64,000 nt of DNA from Anthoceros angustus (Eukaryota > Plantae > Anthocerotophyta). How positions within the stretch are numbered: the first letter of the stretch is position 1; the number at the start of each line of letters is the position of its first letter. The stretch is taken from contig VJWM01000025.1 in assembly GCA_010909165.1 (NCBI GenBank), positions 1,488,001 to 1,552,000 on the forward strand. The letters are read 5' to 3'. The notes beneath the pieces are model-generated. The model ran no database searches and was not told where the DNA came from. It saw nothing but the letters and a program-made list of their open reading frames with translations. A program made the position numbers and the translations under genes. This document shows positions 1-12,737 of the stretch, piece after piece.

Positions 1-2520
1 GTTAAGGATTTGTTAGAAATGTTTTTCCTCCTTTATGCTTTCACATCTGTTCCAGGGGCCCAATTCACTGTCATGACACACAAATTGTGGAGATATACCT
101 CCAAAGGTCATGGATGCTAGAACACATATTCACAACACGATCAGCATCGACAGACATGAGCGTTGTAATCTCCCCGGTTGAAAAGCAACTACGTTCAGCT
201 AGGCTTATGCAAAGCGCCTGTTCCCTTAACATCACAACAGAGAATGTGTGAACTTTAGAAGCTTGAAGTGCAACTGCAAGTACCTGTGCGGAGAATCGAA
301 AAAGAGGAACAAAAAAACGAAGTACCTTCCTGTACACAACAGATGTGATGCTGGCACGCAGCTGTAATCTAATCTTGGTTGCAAGAAATGAATACTGAGT
401 GCCCAGCACTGCCCTGCAATACACAGACATCACAGTGTAAATCAAAATCTAACTGTACCAAGATCTTCAAAAGGGAGATTGGCAGGCCTTGAAGAGAAAA
501 GGTCTTAGGTACAGACCTCGTGGCAGAGACTGCACCCAAGCCAACAGCACAATAGTAACCGAAGCGAAGCCCATGTTCTGAACCTATATCCACCGAGGAA
601 CAGCTCCAATGAAACAAGTACACCTAAACCAAAGTTGTGGCAGTTTCACAAAAATCTTCAACACGTGGTGAGGAGCATGCTTACCACTTTCCAAGTATTT
701 CACTATCACATTCAGTAAGAGCGGTCCTGAAAATCCTAGAATATCATTGAAGATCTACAGCAGCAACAAAATGTCAGCAAAGCGGCCCACAATCAAATGA
801 CCACGAGTCACTATGTCAAAAACGAGGACCTGGTACATTGATTACTACAATAGGCACTCCAGGCAATGCAGTTGGCAACCTTCAGGAAGCCAATTTTGAG
901 GTAGTCCCATCCATATGCCAAATAGATTGCACGAAACAGTGAGGGCCCATGGTCAGATCTGCCTTGCTCCTCCTCCCAACGTTTCCATAGTCGCTGACTG
1001 CAGGCGCTCGGAGTTAGATCCCTTGGCAGAGGGAACAAGTCATCATCCGAGAGCTGTCGTTGCAGCCCAAGATTCATCAAAGGCGTAACCCAACTGAAGG
1101 TCCAAAAACTCCACCAAGACCCCCAAGTTGGCCTCTGCAAGATATGACAAGTGCCGGTGAGGGTTGATTCCAGCTTATGGCACACCACAAGCAGCGAGCT
1201 TTTCATGTCGTACCAGAAGCTGTGTCACATCTTCTTGCTGATTTTGACTATTTTGCAGGAGTGGTTCTACCACTATAGCTTCCCTGCAGGGTACATAGAA
1301 ACCCAGCACCCCTACTTACAGTTCTGCAGGTTTCGGCAAAATGTGGTCTCGCAAGGAAGTCACTGTGCACCTTGGCTTTGCAGCCTAAAGCTGCAAATGC
1401 ATTGCATTGAGCCTACAAATGTCTTAGCGAAGAGCACGAAATAGGCATACTCTTCATCTGTGCTTGCACCATGCTTTCGATGTGCACGATCCATCAAGCA
1501 TGCGACACCCAATATTATGCTCAAAACCGAAAGCAATGCCAGTTCCACAAAACTGGCAGACCATCCAACCTGGAAACAGAAACCCTCAAATAAACGCCCT
1601 TGTCTGGTAAAGTGTCTATCTTCCAAAAGAACTTGATAGGTTGAAGGGCTAACTGTTTTCCCCACAGACCTTTAGGAACTCAGTTCGCAGCCGAGGCAAG
1701 TAGAAAATAGGCCTCACGACCCACCACAGAGCAAGGAGACATCCACTCTGGACTACACGAACGTAGTGCGACTGCAGCAACCAAGAGCAGCACAACTGCA
1801 AAATGCACCACTTTGACACAGTTAGAGCTAGTCCAGCTAACACTTGACCAGCTGTTTCCATTCCAATGCTATGTCCACCTTGAGTGCCGCACGCAAATCC
1901 AGCGTGGTCTACCACAAAGCAAAGAAGTACTTTGCGTGCTATACCCAAGTGCCGATGAGAGAAGCGAGATACACTTTGAATTGTGGAGGGGATTCAGGCG
2001 CCCGATACAGCTGAAGAAGGCTCACTCCAACAGCAGCAATCGCAATGCAACAAAGCCAAGGTGGGCATTTTACTCTGGAGTGTCTCAGGTATGCACCAAC
2101 AATCTGTCACCCACCCAGTGAAATAATCCCATCAAATAATTGTCCGTGCAGCTTCCTTCCTCTACAGTCCATAAACCACCTAACACAAGTCACTAGCACA
2201 CCTGATTTCTTGAGCAGAGGTAGCAGTAGAAAATGAGAAACAGGGTCACCACATCCGCAGCGACTCCAAAGACAGTGCGTCTGTCAAGGACACCCCGAAA
2301 CTCTCTCCTTCACGAATGCAGCCACAAACTTGATATAATTCACAATCAGCAACCGCAGCTTCCAATCCTGTCGCGCAATCTCACAAATTTCTCACACAAG
2401 CAACATTGTCTTTCCAGCAAATTCCCGTCCCTCGCATCACTCCCAACTCCAATCTCAAGAAAGGATATAGATCCTCAACCCACGGAGCGAAGTCACGGGC
2501 ATCCCACCACACCTGTGCAC
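1..2520 (-). CDS. ABCC13: ABC transporter C family (MRP), ABCC13/MRP7-like; multi-exon, 5' portion only (gene runs off the left edge; first exons unresolved)
   Basis: Exon peptides TFSWVTPLMNLGLQRQLSDDDLFPLP...PSLFRAIYLAYGWDYLKIGFLKV (811-1206), LGTQYSFLATKIRLQLRASITSVVYRK and FSTGEITTLMSVDADRVVNMCSSIHDLW (71-445) match the ABCC L0/TMD1 region. VWWDARDFAP and VFGVAADVVTLF (2230-2510) resemble the ABCC13 N-terminus. Subfamily assignment is from recalled sequence, not a search. Confidence 0.82.
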
Positions 2521-2639
2521 AAGAAATGAAGAGGGTCACGGATACAGAAACGAGCAAGGAGCTTGGACAGCGACCACCCAGCGCTCGCAAGGTCCCTGCT
2601 CGTATCTAGACAAGGCTGATGAGCGACCGATTTGGGCTG

Positions 2640-2828
2640 CCGGCAATCGAGAGCTCCCAATGCTCGGTGCCGGCGCCAATGTAACGTGCCCATGTCTGCA
2701 TTGGTCACAGCAAGAAAATGCATAGCTCCCCGGGGCCGGCAATCGAGAGCTTCCAATGCTCGGTGCCGGCGCCAATTTAACGTGCCAATGTCTGCATTGG
2801 TCACAGCAAGAAAATGCGTAGCTGCCCG
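2640..2828. repeat. 96-bp tandem duplication (2 copies)
   Basis: CCGGCAATCGAGAGCT...GCAAGAAAATGC starts at 2640 and again at 2736. Confidence 0.9.
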
Positions 2829-3877
2829 GAGCTGTGGGTGTCTCTACGCAGGAAGCGTCCTCCGGATCCATGCGGAACAGGACCCAATGGAGAAGGTGCC
2901 GACCCGCACGGAAAGCGCCGGCCCGCGGAACCCGCATGCCCCCCGGGATTGCAGGCAGAAGCAGGGGAAATCCCAGGTCAGCTGGTGGCAATCGGGGCAG
3001 CAGGGGTCGGTGGGATCGTCGGACAGGACACCTCAACCGCACATGGAAAATGAGACACCCAGCACAGAAGGGCTGCATGGCGTGAGGGTACAAACCTCCA
3101 AACCCGACAACGCCATCTTCTCTGCTCTCTCACGCCCAGGGCGCTGCTCTCTTGTGCTCCCCGCTGAGGACGTTGCTCTGTTCTCTCTTCTCTGTTCTGC
3201 TCGTCTCGCCTGTTCCCTCTTCTGGCGTATGCTTTGCCTTCGTCACGGTTCCGTTGCGTCCCGACCATTCCGTTACGCCCGAGGCGAATCTCTCATCCAC
3301 TCTACAGTATGTACATCCATACCTATGTACTGTACATACCTGCATGCAGGGATCTTTATGTAGGTAGGAAATAAAAGATATCCGATGATCTATCTATAGA
3401 TTTCATAAAAAAATTATAAAAAAAATACTCCCAAGATGCAGCGAATTAAAAAAATATAAGTTAAAGGATACTTTACTCTCTAAAAAGCTTTGAATATTTT
3501 GAACCTGTTGAAAGTATTATTTTAGGATATGAATACAAGAATTGACTATTATATATTTTAGGATATGGATACAAGAAGTGACTATTATAGGATATACTAG
3601 AAAGCTTCTTTCAATCTTTCTTTATAAGAAGTTTCTATATTATAATATTTTTCTAGTTATAGTTGCTCACATCTCCTCTATATAAAGGATTCTTGACCTA
3701 TATTATGTATTGTGAACACAAAAAGCTTACTAAAGTGACTCCAAGTTCTCACTTGGACTCTAATACAGTCAAGTTCTCTCACTTGATTTGTGATAGAGTG
3801 AACTTGTATTCCAACTTTGCCTTAGCTACGAATAAGTATCATCTAAGTGTAGTGGGTTTTGCTGCGGCGGCCGAGAA

Positions 3878-4478
3878 ATGGCAAGTGATCTGGAGGAGGG
3901 CAGGTTGAGTGTTGCACACTTGAAGTTGATGTCTGACAAGGAACTAAAGGAGAGATTGAAGGAAGAGGAAAATATTATGTGGGAGTGGAAGGTCAGACAA
4001 TTGGTCTTGGCAAATCAAGATAGCGCAGTTGTAGGTTCATCGATCATTGAGGATCCTGAGTGGTCCACTCGGTTTATGGAGGCCACATCGAAGAGGAGGC
4101 AGGCCATGGCCAACATTCAATTGATACGCAATGAAAGCACAAGGCGTGAGCGCAACTGGAGTGACTTTGATGCGTACTTAAAGGTTTTATCGGACAAGGA
4201 ACTGGTGGAGACGGCTGTGGAGCTGGTGGAGATGCTTTGTGTCTATGATTAGAGGCGATGTAAAAGTTGTCATTGATGCAGAGCAAACGTACTTCCAAAG
4301 AAGGTGGGATGAGGCGGCGGATGTTGATAGACCTATAAGTTCAAAGCTCCCTTCCTTCTTCTACAATACACATTCTAGTCAAATAAGAGACAACGATATC
4401 AATGCATGTTTGCCCTGTGTAGAATTGGCAAACCTAGAAGGCACAGCAAGGGCCACTAAGTGTACAAGTCGAGATTAA
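3878..4478 (+). other. Orphan ORF pair (124 aa plus overlapping 79 aa), possibly one frameshifted or degenerate gene
   Basis: ORFs 3878-4252 and 4239-4478, with a repeated LKxxSDKELxE motif. No family recognised. Confidence 0.25.
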
Positions 4479-4996
4479 AGGAGAACGCCAAAGTGCAACA
4501 AAAAATAGCCCAAGTGCACTTCCTTAAAGACTTTTGATGTTGATAACATTTGTATATTTTGCAAAGTCCACAATATTTAGATTGGATTGGGGTTCATTAA
4601 TGGGAACTATGTAATTTGATTGGTCTAAATTTTTATGTAATTATTGATATTATTTAAAAATATTCATTGTGAACAAGGTCCCAATATAGGTGAAATCGAG
4701 AGTCCCGAAATGTACCGGTTGCTGTCCATTGAAAATTTGTAGTGCGAAAAGTTTCGTCCATGAGATTGATGCAAGCCAATCAATCTGAAACCCTAATTCG
4801 AAGGTGTTTCAAATTGACCATGTAAGCACATATCTCTAGAGCGGGGCGACCTCTCCTATTTCACATTGTGCTTTGGGCAGCAAGTGTCCATTGTCCTCCA
4901 AAGGGCACTTGAAGGGGCTATCTTATGGACAGTTATCTTATGGACAATAACGACTGCTGGAGATGTATCCTCGACGATGTCCAAATGGCTTAGGCC

Positions 4997-5240
4997 AAAT
5001 GCACGCACATTTATAAGAATATCATGATTAAGCATCCTGAGCTTAGATCGGTACTTAGATGGGGTGCCTAAATGCACGCACATTTATAAGAATATCATGA
5101 TTAAGCATCCTGAGCTTAGATCGGTACTTAGATGGGGTGCCTAAATGCACGCACATTTATAAGAATATCATGATTAAGCATCCTGAATATCATGATTAAG
5201 CATCCTGAGCTTAGATCGATACTTAGATGGGGTGCCTAAA
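4997..5240. repeat. 73-bp tandem repeat (~3 copies, with an internal short duplication) inside a dispersed repeat
   Basis: AAATGCACGCACATTTATAAGAATATCATGATTAAGCATCCTGAGCTTAGATCGGTACTTAGATGGGGTGCCT starts at 4997, 5070 and 5143. Confidence 0.92.
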
Positions 5241-6108
5241 AGGAGTGGATGCCCTTGGTGCAAGTAGCTTAGGCACACCATGATACAAGTTGTTGAGTAC
5301 CAAGTCCCATGACGGAAATCCGTCCTTACTGGACTTCAATAACATTCTTCTTCTTCTTCTACTTCGTTAGGCCATTCAATCTCCCTAGTCATTCTAGACG
5401 CTCTAAGTGAATTTAGACATAGCGCTTAGTTACTCTCTCTTTACTATAACCCTTGAGGTATCCCTTTTTATGTCTTTTAGTAGACGGGTTCACCCTATCT
5501 CCTCCTCTCAATTAAAACGGATATTATTTTAAGGTGTTCAAGGTACTACCTATATTTGCACTAAACTTGAGGGACGTCAAAAGAGATTAAAAAAAAACTT
5601 GTAGATTTGATTCGAAACGCGTATCAGTTGTATTTCCGCTTATCAGACACGAGAGAGCGCGTGCGGAGGAATCGAACACGCCTACATGCGGGACGAGAGA
5701 CGAGACAGTTTGCTGTCAACTCTTCAGTCCCCTTAAGCCAGTTGCAGTCTCGAGCCTGGAACCGGCTTCCAGCTGTTAATCGATAGGAAGACTGATTGAA
5801 ACACATTCACTGGCTTCATCTTGGTCTTTGAGATTGAACAGCAACGACGTTCAGGTAGGTTGCTTCATGTTCAAGGAGCTCAAACTTAACAGCTTCTTCT
5901 CCGAAACTTCTCCTTCACGCCAGTTTCCCCTTCCGCAATGGCAGCCTCAGGACCCACCTTCTCCTCTTTGGAGAGTGTGCTTTCTTCTATCCCATGGACA
6001 TGAATGGCAAGGATTTATGAAACCTACAGCACTAAATTAATTTAAAGGGATGGTAAGCGATTGAAAGACTGGTCATCTACACCGCTGCTGTCGGCTGCCG
6101 GGATTGCC

Positions 6109-7280
6109 ATGGCGGATCCTGCTGGGCGGAGGTGGAGGAGGGTGAGGAGGGTGAAGCGGCTGATGCTGTCGATGAAAAGGTTTCTGGACCTTCGCCAGAA
6201 TGATATGGAGGAGAAAGAAAGGAAGGTTTTCGTTGCTGCTATGAATGTTGTCCGACGCATGGAGGATGAAGACTTGTCGATGGGGCCTGATGTATCTGAC
6301 GACGTCATGGTGCCCAGAACTGTTGGTGAAGCTGCGGGTAGGTGTTTCAGCAGTAAACCGTTTGTTGGAGCTAACCTAATCGATCATGCTGTGCTGAGCT
6401 GATGTTGGTTCTGGTGTTGCAAGGTGCCATTCAGTCATCACCGAGGGACCCTGCCCCTGTGGCTGCTGCTGCTCCTGATGTTGCCCTTGCAAAGACGCAA
6501 AAGGGAAACCGAGTTGCAAGCAAGCCAGCTCGTGAGCTGGTGGTGGAAGGGGACAAGGATCCATGGGAGGTTTTGAGGCGGCAGGAGCATGCAGGTCTGG
6601 TTGACAAGGCCCGCAAGGCCTTCAAGGAGCTGGAGAGCGGGAATGTGAGTCAGAGCATTCTGGCAGATGCATTCGGGTGGCCCACGACCGGGCAGGATCC
6701 CAAGTGCAAGAAGGAGATGGACGAGAAGGGCATCACCAATGCCCTGGCGGAGTATGTGTTTGGAGGCAGGGTTCATGACTTCACCTATGTGCTCAACAAC
6801 CTGCAGGACAAGGCGGCCTTCAACTTTGCAGTGGCAATCCGCAATGCTGTTTTCCTTGGGACTAGGCCGGATGACGTGAAGACAGTCGACGTTCCTGTGC
6901 ACCTGGCCAAAGCTCTGCTTGCCTTTTTCAGCGGTGTTCAGGTCAACTGGGCCAGTGTGGCGTGGAAGCTTTGCAAAAAGAGGAAGGAGAAATGTGTGTT
7001 CCAACCCATGTGGATCCCACTTCTGTTCAAGGCATGGAAGGACAAGAATGCGTCCAAGTCCTTTCAGAACCCTGATTGGGTGATGGATCTGCTGCATCTC
7101 CGCCCCTCTCACCGTCCCATCTCCGAACAGGCACCGGTGGAGAGAAGGAGAGCCATGGACGCTGGGGGGCACGTGCCCAAAGGATGGGCAGACGCAGGTC
7201 CGGACGCAACCATAGCTGATGTCATCCGCTCCTTTCCACGCACGAAGCAGGTCACGACTTCGTTTCTCCTGTGTTCGTGA
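6109..7280 (+). CDS. Spliced gene of unknown function (at least 2 exons: 6109-6337 and 6423-~7250), possibly TE-derived
   Basis: ATG at 6109. A phase-1 donor (GCG G|gtaggt) matches a phase-1 acceptor (ttgcaag|GT GCC), joining ORFs 6061-6402 and 6402-7280 in frame. The long exon contains VQVNWASVAWKL. The 3' end is unresolved. Confidence 0.55.
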
Positions 7281-8048
7281 GAGGAACACTGGAGTCACCC
7301 GGAGCTAAATCATGTCATCAGTGGGATCTCAAAAGATGATCCCACTCAAGCCCCTACTGCCCTCTTTGTTGCCCTTCCTGATTGTTTCGGCTGATGCCTT
7401 GACATATGCTACCTGCTCAGTCCATATGTGAACAGTCCACAGGGAGTGGCAACAGCAAGGGCGCAGCAACAAAGATTCCTCCTATGCACATTTCCCTCTC
7501 TTATCAAGAGATCGAAGACATCAGCATCCGTTTTTTTCTGGGTCAGGTGTCACCCCATCCATCCAGGTTGTGGGTTTGCTTGTTTGTATTCTGATTCGGT
7601 CACACCATTCTAGTGTATGGTAACAATTGGCCGATCTTCTTCTTCTTCTGTTAGACCCTCTTAATGGAACCAAATCGAATAGGTCTGCCATCCCACGATG
7701 TCTAACTCGGATGTGCCATCCGAGCTAGTAAAAGGCCTTCCTGCTGGGCTGTCTCGTTCGAGTCTACCGAGACCTGGGCATGCAAGATTCCAGTTCCGTC
7801 ATTGTAGGATGTTAGAAAAGCAAGTCTAGGATATTTCCAAACGTCAGCCAGCGGTTTTGATGACTATCTAGGTATTTATAGCGTGGATTTAGTGGAGGTG
7901 AAAGCGGCAGGTTTTATGGGTTCCTGCCTGCCTGCCCGGCCGCTTGCCCGCCTTCTGGTGATGGAGGAAAGGGCAATTTGAAGGGGAGGAGGAGGAAAAT
8001 TGCAATCTGAAGGAGTTTTAAGTAGCAAGAGCAAAGGGAGCGAGAGGT

Positions 8049-9943
8049 ATGGCGGATGTGGATGTGGATGTGGCTGAGGTATATGTTCGAGGTCATGTGG
8101 GTGGTGTAGAGGAGGGCGGCGATGGGGCAGGAGAAAAGAGCCTGTTGCGTGCCTTCCCTCCCAGCATCAAGTACGTGGTGTGGAACGAGTTCTGCGAGAG
8201 GTTTTGCTACTATGGGATGAAATCGGTGCTGGCGCTCTACTGCCTGCAGAACGTGCGGTTGAGCGAAAATGGGTCCACCGAGCTGGTGCACATGTTTATG
8301 GTGGCTTGCTACGCGACCCCGCTACTTGGGGCCGTTCTCAGCGATGGGTTTTGGGTACGTTCAGAATTTGAATTGTTGTTGGAGCTTGTTGGAGCTTGTG
8401 GGCGGTGGGCGCAAGTGATGAATTTGATGGGCGGTTCCTTGTTTGGATGCATCTTGTCAGGGCAAGTACCGGACGATACTGTATCTCTCCATGGTGTACG
8501 TTGTGGGGAATTGGGTGATGGCTCTGGCTGCTTGGCCGGATCCTGATTATACCAGCACCACAATCATCCTTTGGGGCACTGTTTTTGCTCTGTCTTTGAT
8601 CGCCCTTGGGACCGGCGGGATCAAGCCTTGTGTCTCTTCCTTTGGAGGAGATCAGATTGAGTACAGCGTTGAAGAGGGCCCTGAGAAGGCCAGGATTTCT
8701 CGCAGTTTTTTCTCCCTGTATTATTTTGCCATCAATGCTGGGTCTGTCATTTCCACCCTGTTGTCACCGGTGCTCAGATCCCATGTGTCGTACTCTCTGG
8801 CCTTCGCTGTGCCGGCATTTCTCATGGTTGTGGCCATCGTGGTGTTTTGGCTCGGCCGGAAGACGTACGTGATCAGGGCACCGGAGGGGAATGTCTTCTC
8901 CACCGTGGGTAGCATTCTTGTAGACGCAGTGAGGTTGAGAAAGCCCAGTGATGACAGCCAAGTGGAATCCTTGGAGAAGAGGTTGATTGCAGGCTCCCGG
9001 GGCGACCATTGGCTGGATGCTGCCAAAGTCAAGCACCCTGCTCCGGATGTGGAAGATGTGAAGTCTGTTCTCCGGGTCCTGTTGGTCCTCTTGCCCACGC
9101 CGCTTTTCTGGTCCCTTTCCGATCAGTCGTCCTCGACGTGGATATTTCAGGGGGCTTCTATGAATGGAAGAATAATAGGTGGCCTGGTGGTGGAAGCTGA
9201 TCAAATGCAGGTGAGTGCTGCTGCTGCTGCTGCATTGGAGTCCGTTTCACACATTTCATGCTTAACATGTTTTGTGACAAATCCTCTGTCCCTCCTTTCT
9301 GCAGGCTCTGAATCCTGTCCTGGTTCTGGTCCTCATACCTATATTCAACAAGTGGATATATCCCTCCTTCGAAGGACGGGGGAAGCCATTAAAGCCTTTG
9401 ACCAGGATGACCATCGGTTTGTTCTTCAGTGCCTTTGCATTTGTCCTCTCGGGGATCATTCAGTTAGTCATGGACTCCTATGCAGCAGCAGGCTACGAGA
9501 AGATATCCATCTTGTGGCAGACACTACCCTATCTCGTTGTCACCATCGGCGAGGTCCTGTTCTCCATCAGTGGGTTAGAGTTTGCATACGAGGAAGCCCC
9601 TGACTCCATGAAGTCCATCGTTCAGTCCGCGTGGCTTTTCGCAGTCGCTGCTGGTACGTAAATTGACCCCAAGCTTGTCCTACTATGTTGTGGGATGGTC
9701 ATGGCCGGGAAATCTGTCTAACCTCACCACCCTGCTTGTGCAGGAAATCTGATAACGGTCATCATCGTAGCCATTCTGGGCGACCGTCTCTCGAAGGCAA
9801 ACAATTTTTTCTTTTTCAGCCTCGTCTGTTTTGTTGCCATGTTTCTCATGTCTTGGGCAGGATCCAGCTTCTCGTACAAGCAGAAGGGATCCGCCAGCGA
9901 GGAAGAGGAGACTTACTCGCTCATCAATAGCTCGGAGTCGTAG
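8049..9943 (+). CDS. Proton-dependent oligopeptide transporter (POT/PTR), PepT1/SLC15A1-like; 4 exons, intact
   Basis: Motifs NEFCERFCYYG (ExxER), LIALGTGGIKPCVSSFGGDQ, YFAINAGS, DQSSSTWIFQ, DQMQALNP and GEVLFSISGLEFAYEEAPDSMKS. GT-AG introns at ~8355-8460, 9211-9304 and ~9655-9743. Stop TAG at 9941-9943. Confidence 0.93.
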
Positions 9944-10720
9944 ATCATCAGCAGTCTCTCTTATTCTTAGTCCCCCGTCGTGCACATACATCATCTTGGT
10001 TGGCCATCTTGTTGCCACGCAGACCAGAGTCTTACGTGCTCGGTGTAGGTGACACATTCTTGAACACATTCTGTGATTACTGAAGCAGTCATCACTTGGG
10101 ACACGCGATGTCGAGCTAAAGCCTGTATCCATCGCATACATCCAGGAAGTCTATCTGGACCATACCATCCCTCCTAACCTGAGGAGGTTAAAACATTCAG
10201 GTACATACTGGTCTCGAGAGCTTGATTTGATTCCTTTCCGTCTCTGTTTGCTTTGCTTCCTGCGTCTTGTGAGGCTGGTTGCTTTTGCACCGTCCAGTTG
10301 TCCATAGCTCCCATCATGGCAGCTCATGCGAAGCCACGTATGCCTGCCCAGCACAGCTCTACCAAGAGCCTCAGGGCATGCAGAGTTAGGTTAACACGGA
10401 GGTTCTCCAGTCCAATGTGGGTCACACAAAAAATTTTGTGCAACCTACTTCACGGCATATCCGTCTTCGTGTCTCTATCAGGACATGGATGCTCCAAACT
10501 CGGGACAGTCACTGTCCAGTTAGGCAGGTCAAGTATGTCCATGGTTGTACCAGCATGCACGCCACTTCCTTCACTGGGCGCCTACATTTCGGGTCATCTG
10601 ATTCCCTGCCAGCTACAATCCTAACACCGAAATGTCATAGGAAGGATGCACATAGCAGAGGTCCACAGAACACACCGACTTTCAGCAGATGCTTGAGTGA
10701 AGTTCGGTGAACGAGGATAT

Positions 10721-10888
10721 CCAAGTCTGACGACGACGCCAGCCGGGGTATGATGCAAAGAGAACACACAGGAATGGTGACAGCTTTTTGAGGGCTGGTT
10801 GAAGTCCAAGTGTGACGACGACGCCAGCCGGGGTATGATGCAAAGAGAACACACAGGAATGGTGAAAGCTTTTTGAGGGCTGGTTGAA
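10721..10888. repeat. 85-bp tandem duplication
   Basis: CCAAGT(C/G)TGACGACGACGCCAGCCGGGG...GGGCTGGTTGAAG at 10721 and 10806. Confidence 0.88.
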
Positions 10889-11251
10889 GAGAGAGTTCAC
10901 AAAGAGAGATCATGCTTTTAATGCAAACACTTGCACTAAAAAAGTGGAAGCACTGATCACACATTTGGTGGTACATAGCAGTTTCCAGAAGCTGACGAGA
11001 AAGTACCTAGTCTGGTGTGAAACGGTTGTTTGGCGGCCTGGAAATCAGCGAGAAGGGAACGTCAATTGCATATGAGGAAAAATAGGTAGCCGGTAGGCCA
11101 CAGCGGCCCTTGGGTTTTTGGCCGCACATGCAACCGGTGTTGCCGGAATAGCAGGCCAGCCTCCGCCCTTCGGCCAGCGTCAGCTAGCCTCCCTTAAATT
11201 TAGCGCAGCGAGTCCCGAGCCGGGACAGGCAAGGGCGCTGGCGCGAGCGCA

Positions 11252-12737
11252 ATGGCGATGGCGGGAAGTGCCGTGCTGCAGACGCAGGTCCTGGAAGTGA
11301 GGCTGCGATCCGCCTCTTCGGCCGCGTTCGGAACGCGAATCGGAGCCGGCGGCGCGCAACAGGCTCCGCGGCTGAGGCTCAAGGTTGCCCCCTCCGGCTA
11401 TGGCTGCAGCAAGATTGTGGCCACCACGGCCGTACCTACCGTGTGAGTGCTGCGCGAGTGAGTGAGCGAGTTATTGCAATTTTTGTGCTGGCGGAGGCGA
11501 TGCTGTGCTCATTCCTGGAGCTGGATTTGCATTTGGAACGCATGCAGGACGGGGACCAGTGATGTGCCTCGGAAATCGGCCAGGGAGGGGCTGGCTCCCG
11601 CGGACCGGACGAGGCAAGTGCTGCATTCCATGCCGCCCGAGAAGGTGGAGCTCTTCCGGTCTTTGGAGCCCTGGGCCGAGGAGGAGCTCCTGCCGCAGCT
11701 GAAGCCGGTGGAGAAGAGCTGGCAGCCGCAAGATTTTCTGCCAGATCCTTCCTCTGACACGTTTCTGGACGATGTGCGGGAGCTGAGGGAGCGCGCGTCG
11801 CATTTGCCCGATGATTACCTGGTTTGTCTCGTGGGAGACACCATCACGGAGGAGGCCCTGCCTACATACCAAACTATGTTGAACACGCTGGACGGGGTAA
11901 GAGATGAGACAGGTTCCAGCTCTACACCTTGGGGACTGTGGACTCGCAGTTGGACTGCCGAGGAGAACAGGCATGGTGACTTGCTCAATAAGTATCTCTA
12001 TCTCACCGGCCGTGTGAATATGAGACAAGTGGAGAAGACGACGCAGTACCTGATTGGATCTGGCATGGTATGTTGTCCGCTTGGATTCTTGCGTGCTGCA
12101 AAAGCAGAAGCCTAGGTTGTTAGCAGAATTCCTGACTTTGCAAATCTTGATTGATTTTGCTGTGCAGGACCCGCAGACAGAGAACAACCCCTATTTAGGA
12201 TTCATCTACACCTCCTTCCAAGAACGAGCCACCTTCATATCCCATGGCAACACGGCCAGGCATGCTAAAGAGCACGGCGACGCTAAGCTAGCGGTCATTT
12301 GCGGAACTATTGCTGCGGATGAGAGACGACATGAGGTTGCGTACACCAAGATTGTATCCAAGCTTTTTGATTTGGACCCTAGCGGAACCATGCTCGCCTT
12401 TCAAGACATGATGAAGAAGAAAATCTCCATGCCTGCACATCTTATGTATGACGGAGAGAGCCACACTCTGTTCGAAGACTTCTCCTTGGTAGCTCAGAGA
12501 ACAGGGGTTTACACGGCCAAGGACTACGCAGACATCATGGAACACCTGGTGAAATCGTGGCACGTGGAGGAACGAGTAGGCCTGTCCAGTGAGGCACAAC
12601 GGGCTCAGGACTTTCTGTGTAAGCTGCCTCCTCGTATCCGAAAGTTAGCTGAGCGTGATCAAGTGCTAAAAGCCAACAAGGGCTCCAGGACTGCCAAGTT
12701 CAGCTGGATCTTCAACAGGGAAGTGCAATTGGTCTGA
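11252..12737 (+). CDS. FAB2: Plastid stearoyl-ACP (delta-9) desaturase; 3 exons (11252-11442, 11548-12067, 12168-12737), intact
   Basis: Transit-peptide-like exon 1. Motifs [64 protein letters not shown] and DERRHE (both di-iron ExxH motifs). Splice phases are consistent. Confidence 0.96.

Noticed and set aside
3058-3078. Possible ABCC first micro-exon MQPFCAG
   Set aside because: The donor phase does not match the downstream VWWDARDF exon.
11252-12737. Variant-specificity acyl-ACP desaturase
   Set aside because: The substrate-pocket segments TMLNTLDG and [12 protein letters not shown] match canonical delta-9 18:0-ACP enzymes.
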